A DNA stretch of 64,000 bases from an uncultured Candidatus Saccharibacteria bacterium (lineage in GTDB: Bacteria; Patescibacteriota; Doudnabacteria; UBA920). The stretch spans positions 14,581 to 78,580 of the forward strand of contig CAZLPF010000001.1 in the NCBI GenBank assembly GCA_964561365.1. Direction: 5' to 3'. The position numbers and the translations under genes are program-made. The notes beneath the pieces were generated by a model. That model was not told where the DNA came from, ran no database searches, and worked only from the letters and a program-made list of their open reading frames with translations. Shown piece after piece: positions 55,513 to 64,000 of this stretch. Positions within the stretch are counted from its first letter, which is position 1, and every line of letters begins with the position of its first letter.

Positions 55513-56358
55513 CTAGTGTGCCGGGGCGTGCTCTTCGTGCGACCCGCCGTGGCTCTCGGTAGCCATGGTCAGGTAGACGCAGGCGAGCGTGCTGAAGACG
55601 ACGGCCTGGACGAGCCCGACTATGATTTCGAGGAACATGAACGGCAGGGGCACGAAGAACGGCAGGAGCCCGGCGAGCACGGTCAGGAGCACCTCGCCGG
55701 CGAAAATGTTACCGAACAGCCGCAGCGAGAGCGAAACCATTTTTGCGATTTCGGAAAAAATCTCGATGATGCCGACGAAGAATTCGATGACCGCGGTGAG
55801 GATCGCGACCGGGCTGAGCGCCAGCAGCGCCTTCCAGACTTTCTGAACCTGCAGGAACTTGCCGGCGTGCTCGAGGAAGCCCAGGGCCACGATGCCGGTC
55901 AGGTGCGAAGCCACCACGGCGAGCACGGCCATGGCCAGCGTCATGTTCAGGTCGGTATTCGCGGGGCGGAACAGCGGCAACGCCTCGAGGGCTCCGTTGT
56001 GTTCGGCCACGACGGTAATGGTCCCGGTCCCCGGGATGAGGCCGGCCCAGTTCGAGAGCAGGATGAACAGGAACAGGCTGCCGACGAGCGGCAGGAAACG
56101 GACCGCGCGCGCCCGGTCCCTCGTGACCTGGCTAAAGAAGTCGGTCAGGCCCTCGACGATGGCTTCAACGGCGCCGACGAACCCCCCCGGCGCGCCGGCG
56201 CCCGGGGCGTAGGCCGCACGGAACTTTGATTTCAGGTAGAGCGCGCCCAATACCAGCGCGAGGACGAGGAGCGTGCTGTTGATGTAGGCGTTGGTGACCG
56301 GGAAGCTTCCGAGGTGGAAGATCGGTTCAGCGGAGAGCGGAGGAATGACGATGTTCAT
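55513..56358 (-). CDS. atpB: F1Fo ATP synthase subunit a
   Basis: 281 aa; LSLRLFGNIFAGE Arg motif. Confidence 0.9.
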   Translation of the reverse strand: MNIVIPPLSAEPIFHLGSFPVTNAYINSTLLVLALVLGALYLKSKFRAAYAPGAGAPGGFVGAVEAIVEGLTDFFSQVTRDRARAVRFLPLVGSLFLFILLSNWAGLIPGTGTITVVAEHNGALEALPLFRPANTDLNMTLAMAVLAVVASHLTGIVALGFLEHAGKFLQVQKVWKALLALSPVAILTAVIEFFVGIIEIFSEIAKMVSLSLRLFGNIFAGEVLLTVLAGLLPFFVPLPFMFLEIIVGLVQAVVFSTLACVYLTMATESHGGSHEEHAPAH

Positions 56359-56364
56359 GGGAAT

Positions 56365-56742
56365 TTATAGCTTCTCTGCGGGCGGCACCGGCCGCTGGCG
56401 GCTCTTCTTGAGTAGCTGGCTGAGGTTCCGGTAGATGAGCAGGCACGAAACGGCCAAGGCTACGAGAATGCCGACCACGGTACCGAGCTTCGTGTCCCAG
56501 CGCCGGTCGACTTTGCCGCCGAGCCAGACAAACAGCAGGAGCGGAACGGCCACGTCTACGGCTACCTGAAGACCCCACTCGCCGAGCAGCCAGGGGTTCA
56601 TGCCGGAGGTTTTCGTCGGGGACGGCTGCTGCTCGGTCCCCTGCTGACCACTCTCAAACGGCGCGCTCGACTTTGGGGGCGTGTCGCTCATAAGAACGCG
56701 TACATTCTCATTAAAAACGCCTCCCGTGTCAAGACCTGGCAA
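56365..56742 (-). CDS. AtpI/AtpZ-like small membrane protein preceding atpB
   Basis: Two TM segments (WLLGEWGLQVAVDVAVPLLLFVWLGG; LGTVVGILVALAVSCLLIY); position-based call; start uncertain. Confidence 0.4.
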   Translation of the reverse strand: MPGLDTGGVFNENVRVLMSDTPPKSSAPFESGQQGTEQQPSPTKTSGMNPWLLGEWGLQVAVDVAVPLLLFVWLGGKVDRRWDTKLGTVVGILVALAVSCLLIYRNLSQLLKKSRQRPVPPAEKL

Positions 56743-56766
56743 AAACGGTCCGCCTTGACAGAAAGG

Positions 56767-57375
56767 TTACCAGTTGGTAGTGGGACCGATCGGCGGCAGG
56801 CGTTTGACCGTTTTGCCGAAGAAGGCGTTTTTGAGGTAGCGGTAGTTCTCGGGGTGGATGCGCGCGAGCAGCAGGTCTATCATGAGCGGCCCGAAGAAAG
56901 CTTTCGGGTGGTCCGAGAGCTTCAAAAACTGGTCGAAGCCGACGGTGCTCACCGTAATCCGCTCGCCGCTGTCGAGCTGCTGGCCTCGCGCTTTCCGGCA
57001 GTCTGTCGCGATGTAAAAGTAAACGTTCTGAACGACTTTACCGCTCGGGCTGTAGGTGCGCCAGAGCTTCAGGCTCCTCGCAGCGAGCCCGGTTTCTTCG
57101 AGCAGCTCGCGGGCCGCAGCGGCCCGAGGTTGCTCCCCCGCCTTGTCCATTCGACCCGAGGGCAGGTCGTAGTACCAGGTGCTGCCCGGCTGCTGCTGCT
57201 TGAGCACGACGAGTTTTTTGCCGATGCTCGCGATGACCACGACCGTATTTTGCCGGCGGACCTTCTCGAAGGTCTTCGTTGTGCCGTCAAACATTTTCTG
57301 GGGCCACTGGTAGACGTCGAAAATGACCCCCTTGAAAACCCGTTTCGCCTGCCGTGGGATCGCGCTCCGCTTCAT
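56767..57375 (-). CDS. Nudix hydrolase (ADP-ribose pyrophosphatase-like)
   Basis: 202 aa; Nudix box PSGRMDKAGEQPRAAAARELLEETGL. Confidence 0.75.
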   Translation of the reverse strand: MKRSAIPRQAKRVFKGVIFDVYQWPQKMFDGTTKTFEKVRRQNTVVVIASIGKKLVVLKQQQPGSTWYYDLPSGRMDKAGEQPRAAAARELLEETGLAARSLKLWRTYSPSGKVVQNVYFYIATDCRKARGQQLDSGERITVSTVGFDQFLKLSDHPKAFFGPLMIDLLLARIHPENYRYLKNAFFGKTVKRLPPIGPTTNW

Positions 57376-57399
57376 TTGAAAAATAGGCCGTCTCGGCCG
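57376..57399 (-). terminator. terminator hairpin after tRNA-Thr
   Basis: ggccg-aga-cggcc followed by TATTTTTC on the minus strand, immediately upstream of the Nudix ATG. Confidence 0.4.
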
Positions 57400-57414
57400 T
57401 GGTAATAAGTTTCG

Positions 57415-57490
57415 TGGAGCCAGCTGTGGGAGTCGAACCCACGACCTACGCGTTACGAGTGCGTCGCTCTACCAACTGAGCTAAGCTGGC
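57415..57490 (-). tRNA. tRNA-Thr (anticodon CGT)
   Basis: 76 nt on the minus strand: GCCAGCTTAGCTCAGTTGGTAGAGCGACGCACTCGTAACGCGTAGGTCGTGGGTTCGACTCCCACAGCTGGCTCCA; encoded CCA. Confidence 0.85.
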
Positions 57491-57540
57491 ACAATTACGG
57501 GGGAGACGGGGTTTTCCCCGTAGACCCCCTTCATGGGGAA

Positions 57541-57571
57541 CCATTTGCTCTGGAGAAAATCCAGAGCAAAT
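57541..57571. repeat. 13-bp perfect inverted repeat (hairpin) between alr and tRNA-Thr
   Basis: catttgctctgga-gaaaa-tccagagcaaatg; a second hairpin acgggg-tttt-ccccgt at 57513-57528. Confidence 0.4.
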
Positions 57572-57607
57572 GAACTACACTTTAAGACCAACAAAAGAAA
57601 ACGGGAG

Positions 57608-58753
57608 CTAGACGAAAAACTTTTTTATGAGCGGGTTCGTCCGGGTGACAATCTCGTACGCCGTGCTTCCGGCGACCTTGGCCAGTTCAGCGGCGGTGAC
57701 GCTCGCCTTCCCCTGCCGGCCAATGAGCACGACTTCGTCGCCGACCCGTGCGCCGATTGCGTCTGTGGCGTCGACGGTGAGGATGTCCATGGACACGAGG
57801 CCCACGACCTTGCACCGGTGTCCGCGTATGAGCACGTGGCCCCTGCCTGAAAGCGCCCGGCCGTAGCCGTGCCAGTAGCCCACGGGAACGAGCGCGAGGC
57901 GGCTCCGCCGAGCCAAACGCTCTGTGAAATTGTAGCCTACGCGCTCCCCTTTTTCAACCCACTTGAGTTCGGCCACGACCGACTTCCAGCTCATGGCCGG
58001 GGTGAGCGGTACCGCTTTCTTGAAGCGCGCCTCGGTTTCGGGCGAAGGCCAGAGCCCGTAGAGGCCGATGCCGATGCGGACCATGCCGTAGTGGGCTTTC
58101 GGGTACCAGAGCGTCCCGCCGGTGGCCGCCGCGTGGCAAATGGGCGAGAAGCCCGCCGCGCGCGCCAGGTGCACGGCCGTTTTGAATCTCCCGAGCTGGG
58201 CTTCGGACTGCTTGCGAAACCGGGGCTCTTTGGCGGCCGCCAGGTGCGTGTAGAGCCCCTCGAGCGAGGCGCGGGGCGCACCCTGCAAAGTTTTAAGAAC
58301 CTGCGGCAGCTCGGGGAGCTGGAAGCCGTGTCGGTGCATGCCGGTATCTATCTTGAGGTGCACGGCCAGATTTTTTTTGAGCTTCGGCAGCAGGGCCAGA
58401 CACTCCCAGCTCGAAACGGTAACGCTGAGGTTAGCCGCCGCGGCGCGGCCGAGGTTTTCGGGCAAGGTGTAGCCCTGCACGAGGATTGGCAGGCGTACAC
58501 CGGCGCGCCGGAGCGCGAGGCCTTCGGTGATTGAGTCTACGCCGAGCCAGTCGGCTCCTGAAGCCTCGGCAAGCTTCGAAAAGCCCACGAGCTCGTGGCC
58601 GTAGGCGTTCGACTTCACGACGGCGAGGAGGCGCGTTTCTCTGCCGAGGCGCCCCTTCATGAGCCGGAGATTCCGGCGCGCGGCCGCACGCGAAACCTCG
58701 ATCCAGGTACGGAGACCGCCCCGACGCTCAGTCATTCGCCCGGATGAATACAC
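57608..58753 (-). CDS. alr: alanine racemase
   Basis: 381 aa; PLP-lysine motif AVVKSNAYGHE; C-terminal beta domain; start may be at a downstream ATG (58735) to reduce overlap with the PPIase gene. Confidence 0.85.
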   Translation of the reverse strand: MYSSGRMTERRGGLRTWIEVSRAAARRNLRLMKGRLGRETRLLAVVKSNAYGHELVGFSKLAEASGADWLGVDSITEGLALRRAGVRLPILVQGYTLPENLGRAAAANLSVTVSSWECLALLPKLKKNLAVHLKIDTGMHRHGFQLPELPQVLKTLQGAPRASLEGLYTHLAAAKEPRFRKQSEAQLGRFKTAVHLARAAGFSPICHAAATGGTLWYPKAHYGMVRIGIGLYGLWPSPETEARFKKAVPLTPAMSWKSVVAELKWVEKGERVGYNFTERLARRSRLALVPVGYWHGYGRALSGRGHVLIRGHRCKVVGLVSMDILTVDATDAIGARVGDEVVLIGRQGKASVTAAELAKVAGSTAYEIVTRTNPLIKKFFV

Positions 58754-59501
58754 GAACCGGCGCTGCCTGGACCTGCGCGGCGAGCCAGGCGGGGAAACCT
58801 TCGCCGCCGAGGAAAATTTGATCGATGTTCGAAGCGCTGCCGTTCGCCCCGCTGACCCGGATGACGTGGACTCCGTAGCGGGTGCCGACGACCTTCACGT
58901 CGCCGGGTTTGCTCCCGCTGATCTGGGCGGCGAGTTCCGGCAGCAGCTCGCCGTCACGGAAACTGCCGGCCGAGCCCCCGAACTGCTTCGAGGCCTCGTC
59001 TTGGCTGTAGGTTTGGGCGAGCGCGTCCAGCCGCTCCCCCTTCTTGAGCCGCTCGACGATGGTGTCAGCCCGGCGGTACGTTTGTCCGTTTAGGTCCCGC
59101 TGCTGGTAGTACCAGCTAAGGAGCTGCTCGGTCAGGAGCGCCTGGCGGGCGGCCGCTTCCGGTACGCCGGCTGCGGCCGCGTTTTTCAACTCGGCGCGAC
59201 TGACCGTGAGGCCGTGCTCTGCCCCGAGGCGGTCAATGACCGCGCCGCGCACCGCCGCTTTGAGCGCCGCGGCCGACGTGCTCGGCCGCCCGCTCTCTTC
59301 AGCAGCCCTGGCCCGCGCCTGGACATCCGAGAGCCAGAGCGGCCGTCCGTAGACGGTAGCCGCCGGAATCGGCAGGATCTTTGCGAGCCGTTCGGCCGCG
59401 GGCGACGTGGGCTTCTGGCGCACGGCGAAAGCCGCCGCCGCGGTCACAACCACGAGCGCGAGCACGAACCATGCGACGGCTTTCAGGAGCGTTTTGATCA
59501 T
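58728..59501 (-). CDS. membrane-anchored parvulin-type peptidyl-prolyl isomerase (SurA/PrsA-like)
   Basis: 257 aa; N-terminal TM; PpiC domain FGGSAGSFRDGELLPELAAQ...GVHVIRV. Confidence 0.65.
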   Translation of the reverse strand: MIKTLLKAVAWFVLALVVVTAAAAFAVRQKPTSPAAERLAKILPIPAATVYGRPLWLSDVQARARAAEESGRPSTSAAALKAAVRGAVIDRLGAEHGLTVSRAELKNAAAAGVPEAAARQALLTEQLLSWYYQQRDLNGQTYRRADTIVERLKKGERLDALAQTYSQDEASKQFGGSAGSFRDGELLPELAAQISGSKPGDVKVVGTRYGVHVIRVSGANGSASNIDQIFLGGEGFPAWLAAQVQAAPVRVFIRAND

Positions 59502-59513
59502 CGGGTATCGGAG

Positions 59514-59882
59514 TTACGGCTGGCCAAAAAAGTAGCGAACCCATTTTTCTACGTTTCCCGGACCTGCCGTTTTTGCGCGGCTCGCGCTCGGGGCGTCGGT
59601 TTTCGGGAAGCTGAAGACAATTTCACCCGGCCGCTTCATGTTGAGCTGCTGGCGGGCGAGCTTCTCGCGGAACTCTGGGGAGCTGAAGTACGAGAGCGAC
59701 TGCTCGAGCTGCGCGTTCTGGTGCCCGAGGTCGTCGACCTGCTGCTTGAGGCGGCCCGCCTCGGCGTCGACGGCCGCCTGCCGGTTGTGCTGCTGCAGGC
59801 GCGCCCAGCCGAGCGCCCCGAGCCCCGCTACGACGGCTACCGCGGCCGCGTACGTGAGCGGCGATGGCCTACCCGTCCGCAC
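59514..59882 (-). CDS. FtsB/DivIC-like septum formation initiator
   Basis: 122 aa; TM then coiled coil (QQVDDLGHQNAQLEQSL) then LNMKRPGEIVF motif. Confidence 0.5.
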   Translation of the reverse strand: MRTGRPSPLTYAAAVAVVAGLGALGWARLQQHNRQAAVDAEAGRLKQQVDDLGHQNAQLEQSLSYFSSPEFREKLARQQLNMKRPGEIVFSFPKTDAPSASRAKTAGPGNVEKWVRYFFGQP

Positions 59883-60339
59883 GGCTGCTCCCCTGCGCGC
59901 GGCGCTTCATTTGCCAAATGGTTTCCGCGGCTTCGGCGGGTTTCGCAACCACGCCGGCGTCGACGTTGCCTGAAGCGGTGTGGAGGAGGAGCCGTCCGCG
60001 GCGGCCGAAGTTCGCCTCAACCGTGCAGCGGTCCACGGCGGCGTGGGGAACGTCTTGCGTCACCGAGGCGGCGAGCGAGGAGCGGACGAGCACCGACCGC
60101 TCGCTCGTGACGAGCAGGCCAGAGCCGAGCCACGATCGGTACCGCAGCCACAGCCAGAGGAGGCAGAGCAGCGACCAGACGAAAGCCAGAAGGGCGTGCC
60201 CGCCGCCGGAACGGGCGTTCAGGGTCCAGGCAACAGCCGCCGCGGTGGCGGCAATAGCCGCCGGGACAATGAGCGCCGTCTCGGGCTGCCGGAACATGCC
60301 GGCGGGCTGCTCGAGGGGGTGGAGGCTTACCGACAGCAT
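59869..60339 (-). CDS. membrane protein with bacterial PH-like (YdbT/DUF304-type) region, unknown function
   Basis: 156 aa; two TM; weak call. Confidence 0.4.
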   Translation of the reverse strand: MLSVSLHPLEQPAGMFRQPETALIVPAAIAATAAAVAWTLNARSGGGHALLAFVWSLLCLLWLWLRYRSWLGSGLLVTSERSVLVRSSLAASVTQDVPHAAVDRCTVEANFGRRGRLLLHTASGNVDAGVVAKPAEAAETIWQMKRRAQGSSRADG

Positions 60340-60440
60340 GGTTCTACTGGAAAGCGGCGAAGCCGACCGTTAAGGCGACCATCGCGGCAATGACGAGCCA
60401 GGCCATGACGTACGAAATGCGGCCGACGAGTTTTCGGTTC

Positions 60441-61049
60441 CTAAACATTCGGGTGCTTCTGCTTGCCGCCGTTGACCCACCACGGGTCGTCCAGGTCTTG
60501 GAAGCACCAGCCGTCAGACCTCGTCTCCCAAATTTTTTTTGCAATCTCGCGGCCGGCGTCTGTTTTCAGCCGGGCGACGAGCGACGGAACCCACCGTTCG
60601 GCTCTCGGGTTCCCCGCGTCGAACTGCTCTTTCAGGAAGCAGAGCAGCTCGAGCTGGTCGGCGTCCCGCGCGAGCTGGGCTTCGGGCGTTGTGCCTTCAT
60701 TCCACTCGCCGATGAGCCCTTTCATGTCATGGCCGAACGGAACGGCCGCGGCTATTTCCGTTAGAACTTTTTCCTCGTCGTCGGTAACGTACTTCTGGTT
60801 GACGTAGTTAAGGTCGGAGGTTCTCGCCTCGGCAACGTCGTGGAAGAGGCACATGCGCATAACCTTGCCCTCGTCTGCCCCGCTCGTGCCGTGCGCGAGC
60901 GCGTAGCCAATGTAGCTGGCCCGGCAGAGGTGCTCGGCGACGCTCTGGCGCCCGGAGCCGAGCAATCCGGTAAAGCTGCGCGGCGTGCGCGCGAGCTGCC
61001 CGACCTCAAAGAAAAAATCGGCGACCGGTTTTAAATCAGCGTTCGCCAT
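60441..61049 (-). CDS. HD-domain phosphohydrolase (YfbR-like 5'-deoxynucleotidase family)
   Basis: 202 aa; H...HD motif (VAEHLCRASYIGYALA, MCLFHDVAEARTSD) and downstream D. Confidence 0.7.
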   Translation of the reverse strand: MANADLKPVADFFFEVGQLARTPRSFTGLLGSGRQSVAEHLCRASYIGYALAHGTSGADEGKVMRMCLFHDVAEARTSDLNYVNQKYVTDDEEKVLTEIAAAVPFGHDMKGLIGEWNEGTTPEAQLARDADQLELLCFLKEQFDAGNPRAERWVPSLVARLKTDAGREIAKKIWETRSDGWCFQDLDDPWWVNGGKQKHPNV

Positions 61050-61053
61050 AGGG

Positions 61054-62847
61054 CTACTTCTTTAGTACCGCGAGGAAGGCTTCCTGCGGGATTTCTACTT
61101 TGCCGATGAGCTTCATGCGCTTCTTGCCTTTTTTCTGCTTGTTCAAGAGCTTCATCTTGCGGGTCACGTCGCCGCCGTAGAGGTAGCCGGTGACGTCTTT
61201 GCGGAGGGCCGAGATGGTTTCCCGCGCTACTATTTTACCACCGATGGCGGCCTGCAGGGCAACCTCGAACTGGTGGCGCGGAATGAGCTCCTTGAGTTTG
61301 GCAATGAGCTCGCGGCCGTCCTGGGCCGCCGTGGAGCGGTGAACGATGGCCGCAAGCGCGTCAACGGGCTCCCCGGCTACCACGATGTCGATCTTTACGA
61401 GCTCCCCGGGACGCTCTTCCAAGAAGTCGTAGTTCAGGCTCGCGTAGCCGCTCGTGGCCCCCTTCAGCTTGTCGTAGAAGTCCAGAATAATGTTGCCGAG
61501 CGGCATTTCGAGCTGGACGTCCACGCGGTTCTTGCCGAGGTAGCGGATGTCGCGCGAGATAGCCCGGCGCTGGGTGGCGAGCTCCATGGTCGCGCCGATG
61601 TGCTCGGGCGGGCAGATGACGTCGACGAGCATCCACGGTTCACGGACCTCGCGGATGCGCGAGGGGTCGGGGAAGCTCGCCGGGTTGTGGACCACGGTCT
61701 CCGAGCCGTCAGAGAGAATAATGCGGTAGGCCACCGACGGCGCGGTGAGGACGAGGTCGAGCCCATACTCCCGCGAGAGGCGCTCCTGGACGATGTCCAT
61801 GTGCAGCAGCCCGAGGAAGCCCGTGCGGAAGCCGAAGCCGATGCTCGGGACGTGCTCGGGTTCGAATTCCAGCGAGGCGTCGGAGAGCTTGAGCTTGTCC
61901 ATGGCGTCGCGGAGCTGCGGGTACTGGTCGCCGGAAGACGGAAAAATGGTCGCGTAGACCATGGGCTTGACCTGCCGGTAGCCGGGCAGGGCCGTAACCC
62001 GGCTGGCGTCTTTCGTGAGCGCCATGGTGTCGCCGACGCGGGCGCGGGCAACTTCGCGGAGGCCCGTCACCACGTAGCCGACGTCGCCGGCGACGAGCCC
62101 GGCGCTGTGCTCAAACTTCGGGCGGAAGTAGCCGACCTCCTGGCTTTCGGCTTCGGCTTTGCTCCCGAGCATGGTGATGCTCTGTCGTGGCGCGAGGGAG
62201 CCGTCGACGATGCGGATGAAGCTGATGACCCCGCGGTGCTGGTCGTAGACCGAGTCGAAAATGAGAGCCCGGAACGGAGCAGACTCGTTCCCGGTCGGCG
62301 GCGGCACCCGTTTGACGATTTCCTCAAGCAGGGCCGGCACCCCTTCTCCGGTTTTGCCCGATGCGAACAGAATTTCTTCGTCCGTGAAGCCGAAGGCATC
62401 CTTCAGTTCGCGGGCGGTGCCCTCGCGGTCGGCGTTCGGCATGTCGATCTTGTTGACGACCGGAACGATGGTCAGGTTGTGCTCGAGGGCCAGGTTGACG
62501 TTCGCGAGCGTCTGGGCCTCAATCCCTTGCGTCGCGTCGACGACGAGGACCGCACCCTCGCAGCACGCGAGCGAGCGCGAGACCTCGTAGCTGAAGTCGA
62601 CGTGGCCCGGCGTGTCGATGAGGTTCAGCGTGTAGCGCTCGCCGCCGAGTGCGTAGTCCATGCGTACCGGCTGGAGCTTGATGGTAATGCCGCGCTCGCG
62701 CTCGAGGTCCATTTGGTCGAGCAGCTGGTCGCGCATGTCGCGGTGCGAGACCGTGCCGGTTACCTCGAGGAGCCGGTCGGCGAGCGTGCTCTTCCCGTGA
62801 TCGATGTGGGCGATGATGCAGAAGTTTCGGGTGCGCGCTTGGGCCAT
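61054..62847 (-). CDS. lepA: elongation factor 4 (LepA)
   Basis: 597 aa from MAQARTRNFCIIAHIDHGKSTLADRL; the ORF-track Arg-rich N-terminal extension was rejected; LepA C-terminal domain present. Confidence 0.9.
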   Translation of the reverse strand: MAQARTRNFCIIAHIDHGKSTLADRLLEVTGTVSHRDMRDQLLDQMDLERERGITIKLQPVRMDYALGGERYTLNLIDTPGHVDFSYEVSRSLACCEGAVLVVDATQGIEAQTLANVNLALEHNLTIVPVVNKIDMPNADREGTARELKDAFGFTDEEILFASGKTGEGVPALLEEIVKRVPPPTGNESAPFRALIFDSVYDQHRGVISFIRIVDGSLAPRQSITMLGSKAEAESQEVGYFRPKFEHSAGLVAGDVGYVVTGLREVARARVGDTMALTKDASRVTALPGYRQVKPMVYATIFPSSGDQYPQLRDAMDKLKLSDASLEFEPEHVPSIGFGFRTGFLGLLHMDIVQERLSREYGLDLVLTAPSVAYRIILSDGSETVVHNPASFPDPSRIREVREPWMLVDVICPPEHIGATMELATQRRAISRDIRYLGKNRVDVQLEMPLGNIILDFYDKLKGATSGYASLNYDFLEERPGELVKIDIVVAGEPVDALAAIVHRSTAAQDGRELIAKLKELIPRHQFEVALQAAIGGKIVARETISALRKDVTGYLYGGDVTRKMKLLNKQKKGKKRMKLIGKVEIPQEAFLAVLKK

Positions 62848-62861
62848 GGGCTGGGCGGAAT

Positions 62862-64000
62862 TTACGTTCGGAAAGCCGTGGTACGGTACCAGATTTTCTT
62901 GATCAGGTCGAGGGCCGCGCGCGCCTCTTGGGTGCCGAGCTGCGCGGCCGTAGCAAAGAACGCGATCACGCCGGCGAGGGCGGCGGAGCCGGTTTGAATG
63001 GCGAGACCGAGGACGGTGTCGGTCCCGACGAGCGGGGCCGAGGCGTAGAGCACGCCGTAGGCCGCCGCGCAACCGATGGCCGCCGCTCCGGTCGTAGCTA
63101 CCAGGGTCCGCCAGGCGCTCCGCTCAATGGCGCGGGCCCCTTCTCCGAGTTTGGGCCGGAGCATGAGCCAGAGCAGGACGACGTTCAGCCAGCTCGCGAT
63201 GACGAACGCCCAGGCGATGCCGCCGATGCCCGCGCGGTGCCCGAGCGCGAGCGCCACGACGAGGTTGACCGAAATGCTCGCGAGGTTCGCCACCACCGGT
63301 GAGACCGTGTTGTGGAGCGAGAAGAAGGCGCGCGAGAGGAGCGGCGCCACGGCCTGCGGTACGACCGCGAGGGCCAGTACGCCGAGGGCACCGAGCGTCG
63401 TTACGGTATCGTCCCAGGTGAACCGTCCGTAGCCGAGGAGCAGGCGCACGGCCTGCGCGCGGAAGATGATGGTGAACGCGGCCGTCGGCACGGCGAAGAA
63501 CAGAACCTGCTGGAGCGTGCGCGTGAGGAGGTGGGTAAAGCCGGCGCGGTCGCGGCGCGCGTGGGCCTCGGCGAGCGCGGGGAAGGCGGCCAGGGCGAGC
63601 GGGTACGCGAGCAGGCCCAAAGGGACGGACTCGAGGTTCGAGGCGAAGCTGTACGAGCTCACCGTGCCGCTCGGGAGCCGCGAGCCGACCCAGGTCGCGA
63701 CAATCAAGCTGACGCTGCTCAAGTCGAAGCTCAGTATCCTCGGTAAAAATAGGCGAATAACGCGGCGGAGGTCGCCGGTCAACGCGCCGAGCGCCGGCCA
63801 GGGCCGCACGCCGAGCGAAATGACCTCCGGCAGCTGGATTGCCGCGTGCATGAGCGCGCCAATAATGACCCCCCAGCCTACCCCGACCATGCCGGCGCGC
63901 GGGTAGCCGAAGATAATTCCGCCGATGATGCCGACGTTGTAGAGGAGCGGCGCCACGCTCACGGTCAGGAACCGTTTCCGGGAGTGGAGCACGGCCGTCA
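62862..64000 (-). CDS. murJ: lipid II flippase MurJ/MviN (3' portion; gene continues beyond the window end)
   Basis: In-frame polytopic membrane protein open to the window edge; MurJ-like C-terminal TMs and tail; 5' end not in the window. Confidence 0.7.
   Translation of the reverse strand, partial: TAVLHSRKRFLTVSVAPLLYNVGIIGGIIFGYPRAGMVGVGWGVIIGALMHAAIQLPEVISLGVRPWPALGALTGDLRRVIRLFLPRILSFDLSSVSLIVATWVGSRLPSGTVSSYSFASNLESVPLGLLAYPLALAAFPALAEAHARRDRAGFTHLLTRTLQQVLFFAVPTAAFTIIFRAQAVRLLLGYGRFTWDDTVTTLGALGVLALAVVPQAVAPLLSRAFFSLHNTVSPVVANLASISVNLVVALALGHRAGIGGIAWAFVIASWLNVVLLWLMLRPKLGEGARAIERSAWRTLVATTGAAAIGCAAAYGVLYASAPLVGTDTVLGLAIQTGSAALAGVIAFFATAAQLGTQEARAALDLIKKIWYRTTAFRT

Noticed and set aside
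60344-60544. 66-aa ORF overlapping the 3' end of the HD-domain gene.
   Set aside because: It overlaps the HD-domain gene by ~100 nt on the same strand in another frame. Only a possible 34-aa TM peptide would be free of overlap, and there is no SD.

Overview
This 64-kb window is from a high-GC bacterial chromosome (coding regions look mid-60s %GC by eye, not computed). It is gene-dense and mostly minus-strand coding. Neighbouring genes often overlap by 1-4 nt (ATGA/GTGA/TAATG), and at least two genes look leaderless, with a TACAAT -10 six nt before the ATG.

Most content is housekeeping: map; two tandem adenylate-kinase paralogs; an orphan REC-only response regulator; a KefB-like CPA2 antiporter with RCK domain; cysS; dus; dnaB; recR; a LOG-family protein; an MBL hydrolase; rplU; serS; a double-Nudix protein; rdgB; lysS with a ~130-aa C-terminal extension; single-chain purL; greA; gyrB; pheS/pheT; a UvrD/RecB-type helicase-nuclease preceded by translationally coupled rmuC, NYN and PIN genes; hsp20 behind a CIRCE-like inverted repeat; a tRNA cluster (initiator Met, CAT-anticodon Met/Ile2, Asp) with a strong promoter, plus tRNA-Thr(CGT); a very short CCA-adding-type nucleotidyltransferase; a complete F1Fo ATP synthase operon (atpI-like, B, E, F, short H, A, G, D, C); alr; a PpiC-type PPIase; an FtsB-like protein; an HD-domain hydrolase; lepA; and the 3' part of murJ. 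A remnant dcw-like trio (MurF-like ligase lacking the N-domain, FtsQ-like, PyrH-like) is translationally coupled.

Three stretches look accessory:
- (i) a glycosylation locus: a GT4 phosphosugar transferase, a processive GT2 synthase, a small membrane protein and two tandem GT-C (PMT/ArnT-like) enzymes;
- (ii) a low-GC islet where a Rcl-like N-glycosidase/Nudix fusion gene is coupled to a very AT-rich (~30% GC by eye) membrane-protein gene; this is the best candidate for an undescribed toxin/defence-type module;
- (iii) a ~600-nt ORF-free, lower-GC stretch between the antiporter and cysS that may encode a structured RNA I could not classify.

I recognised no CRISPR array, transposase, integrase or prophage genes. 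The lineage guess (a compact high-GC, possibly Patescibacteria/CPR-like or similarly reduced genome) is inference only.
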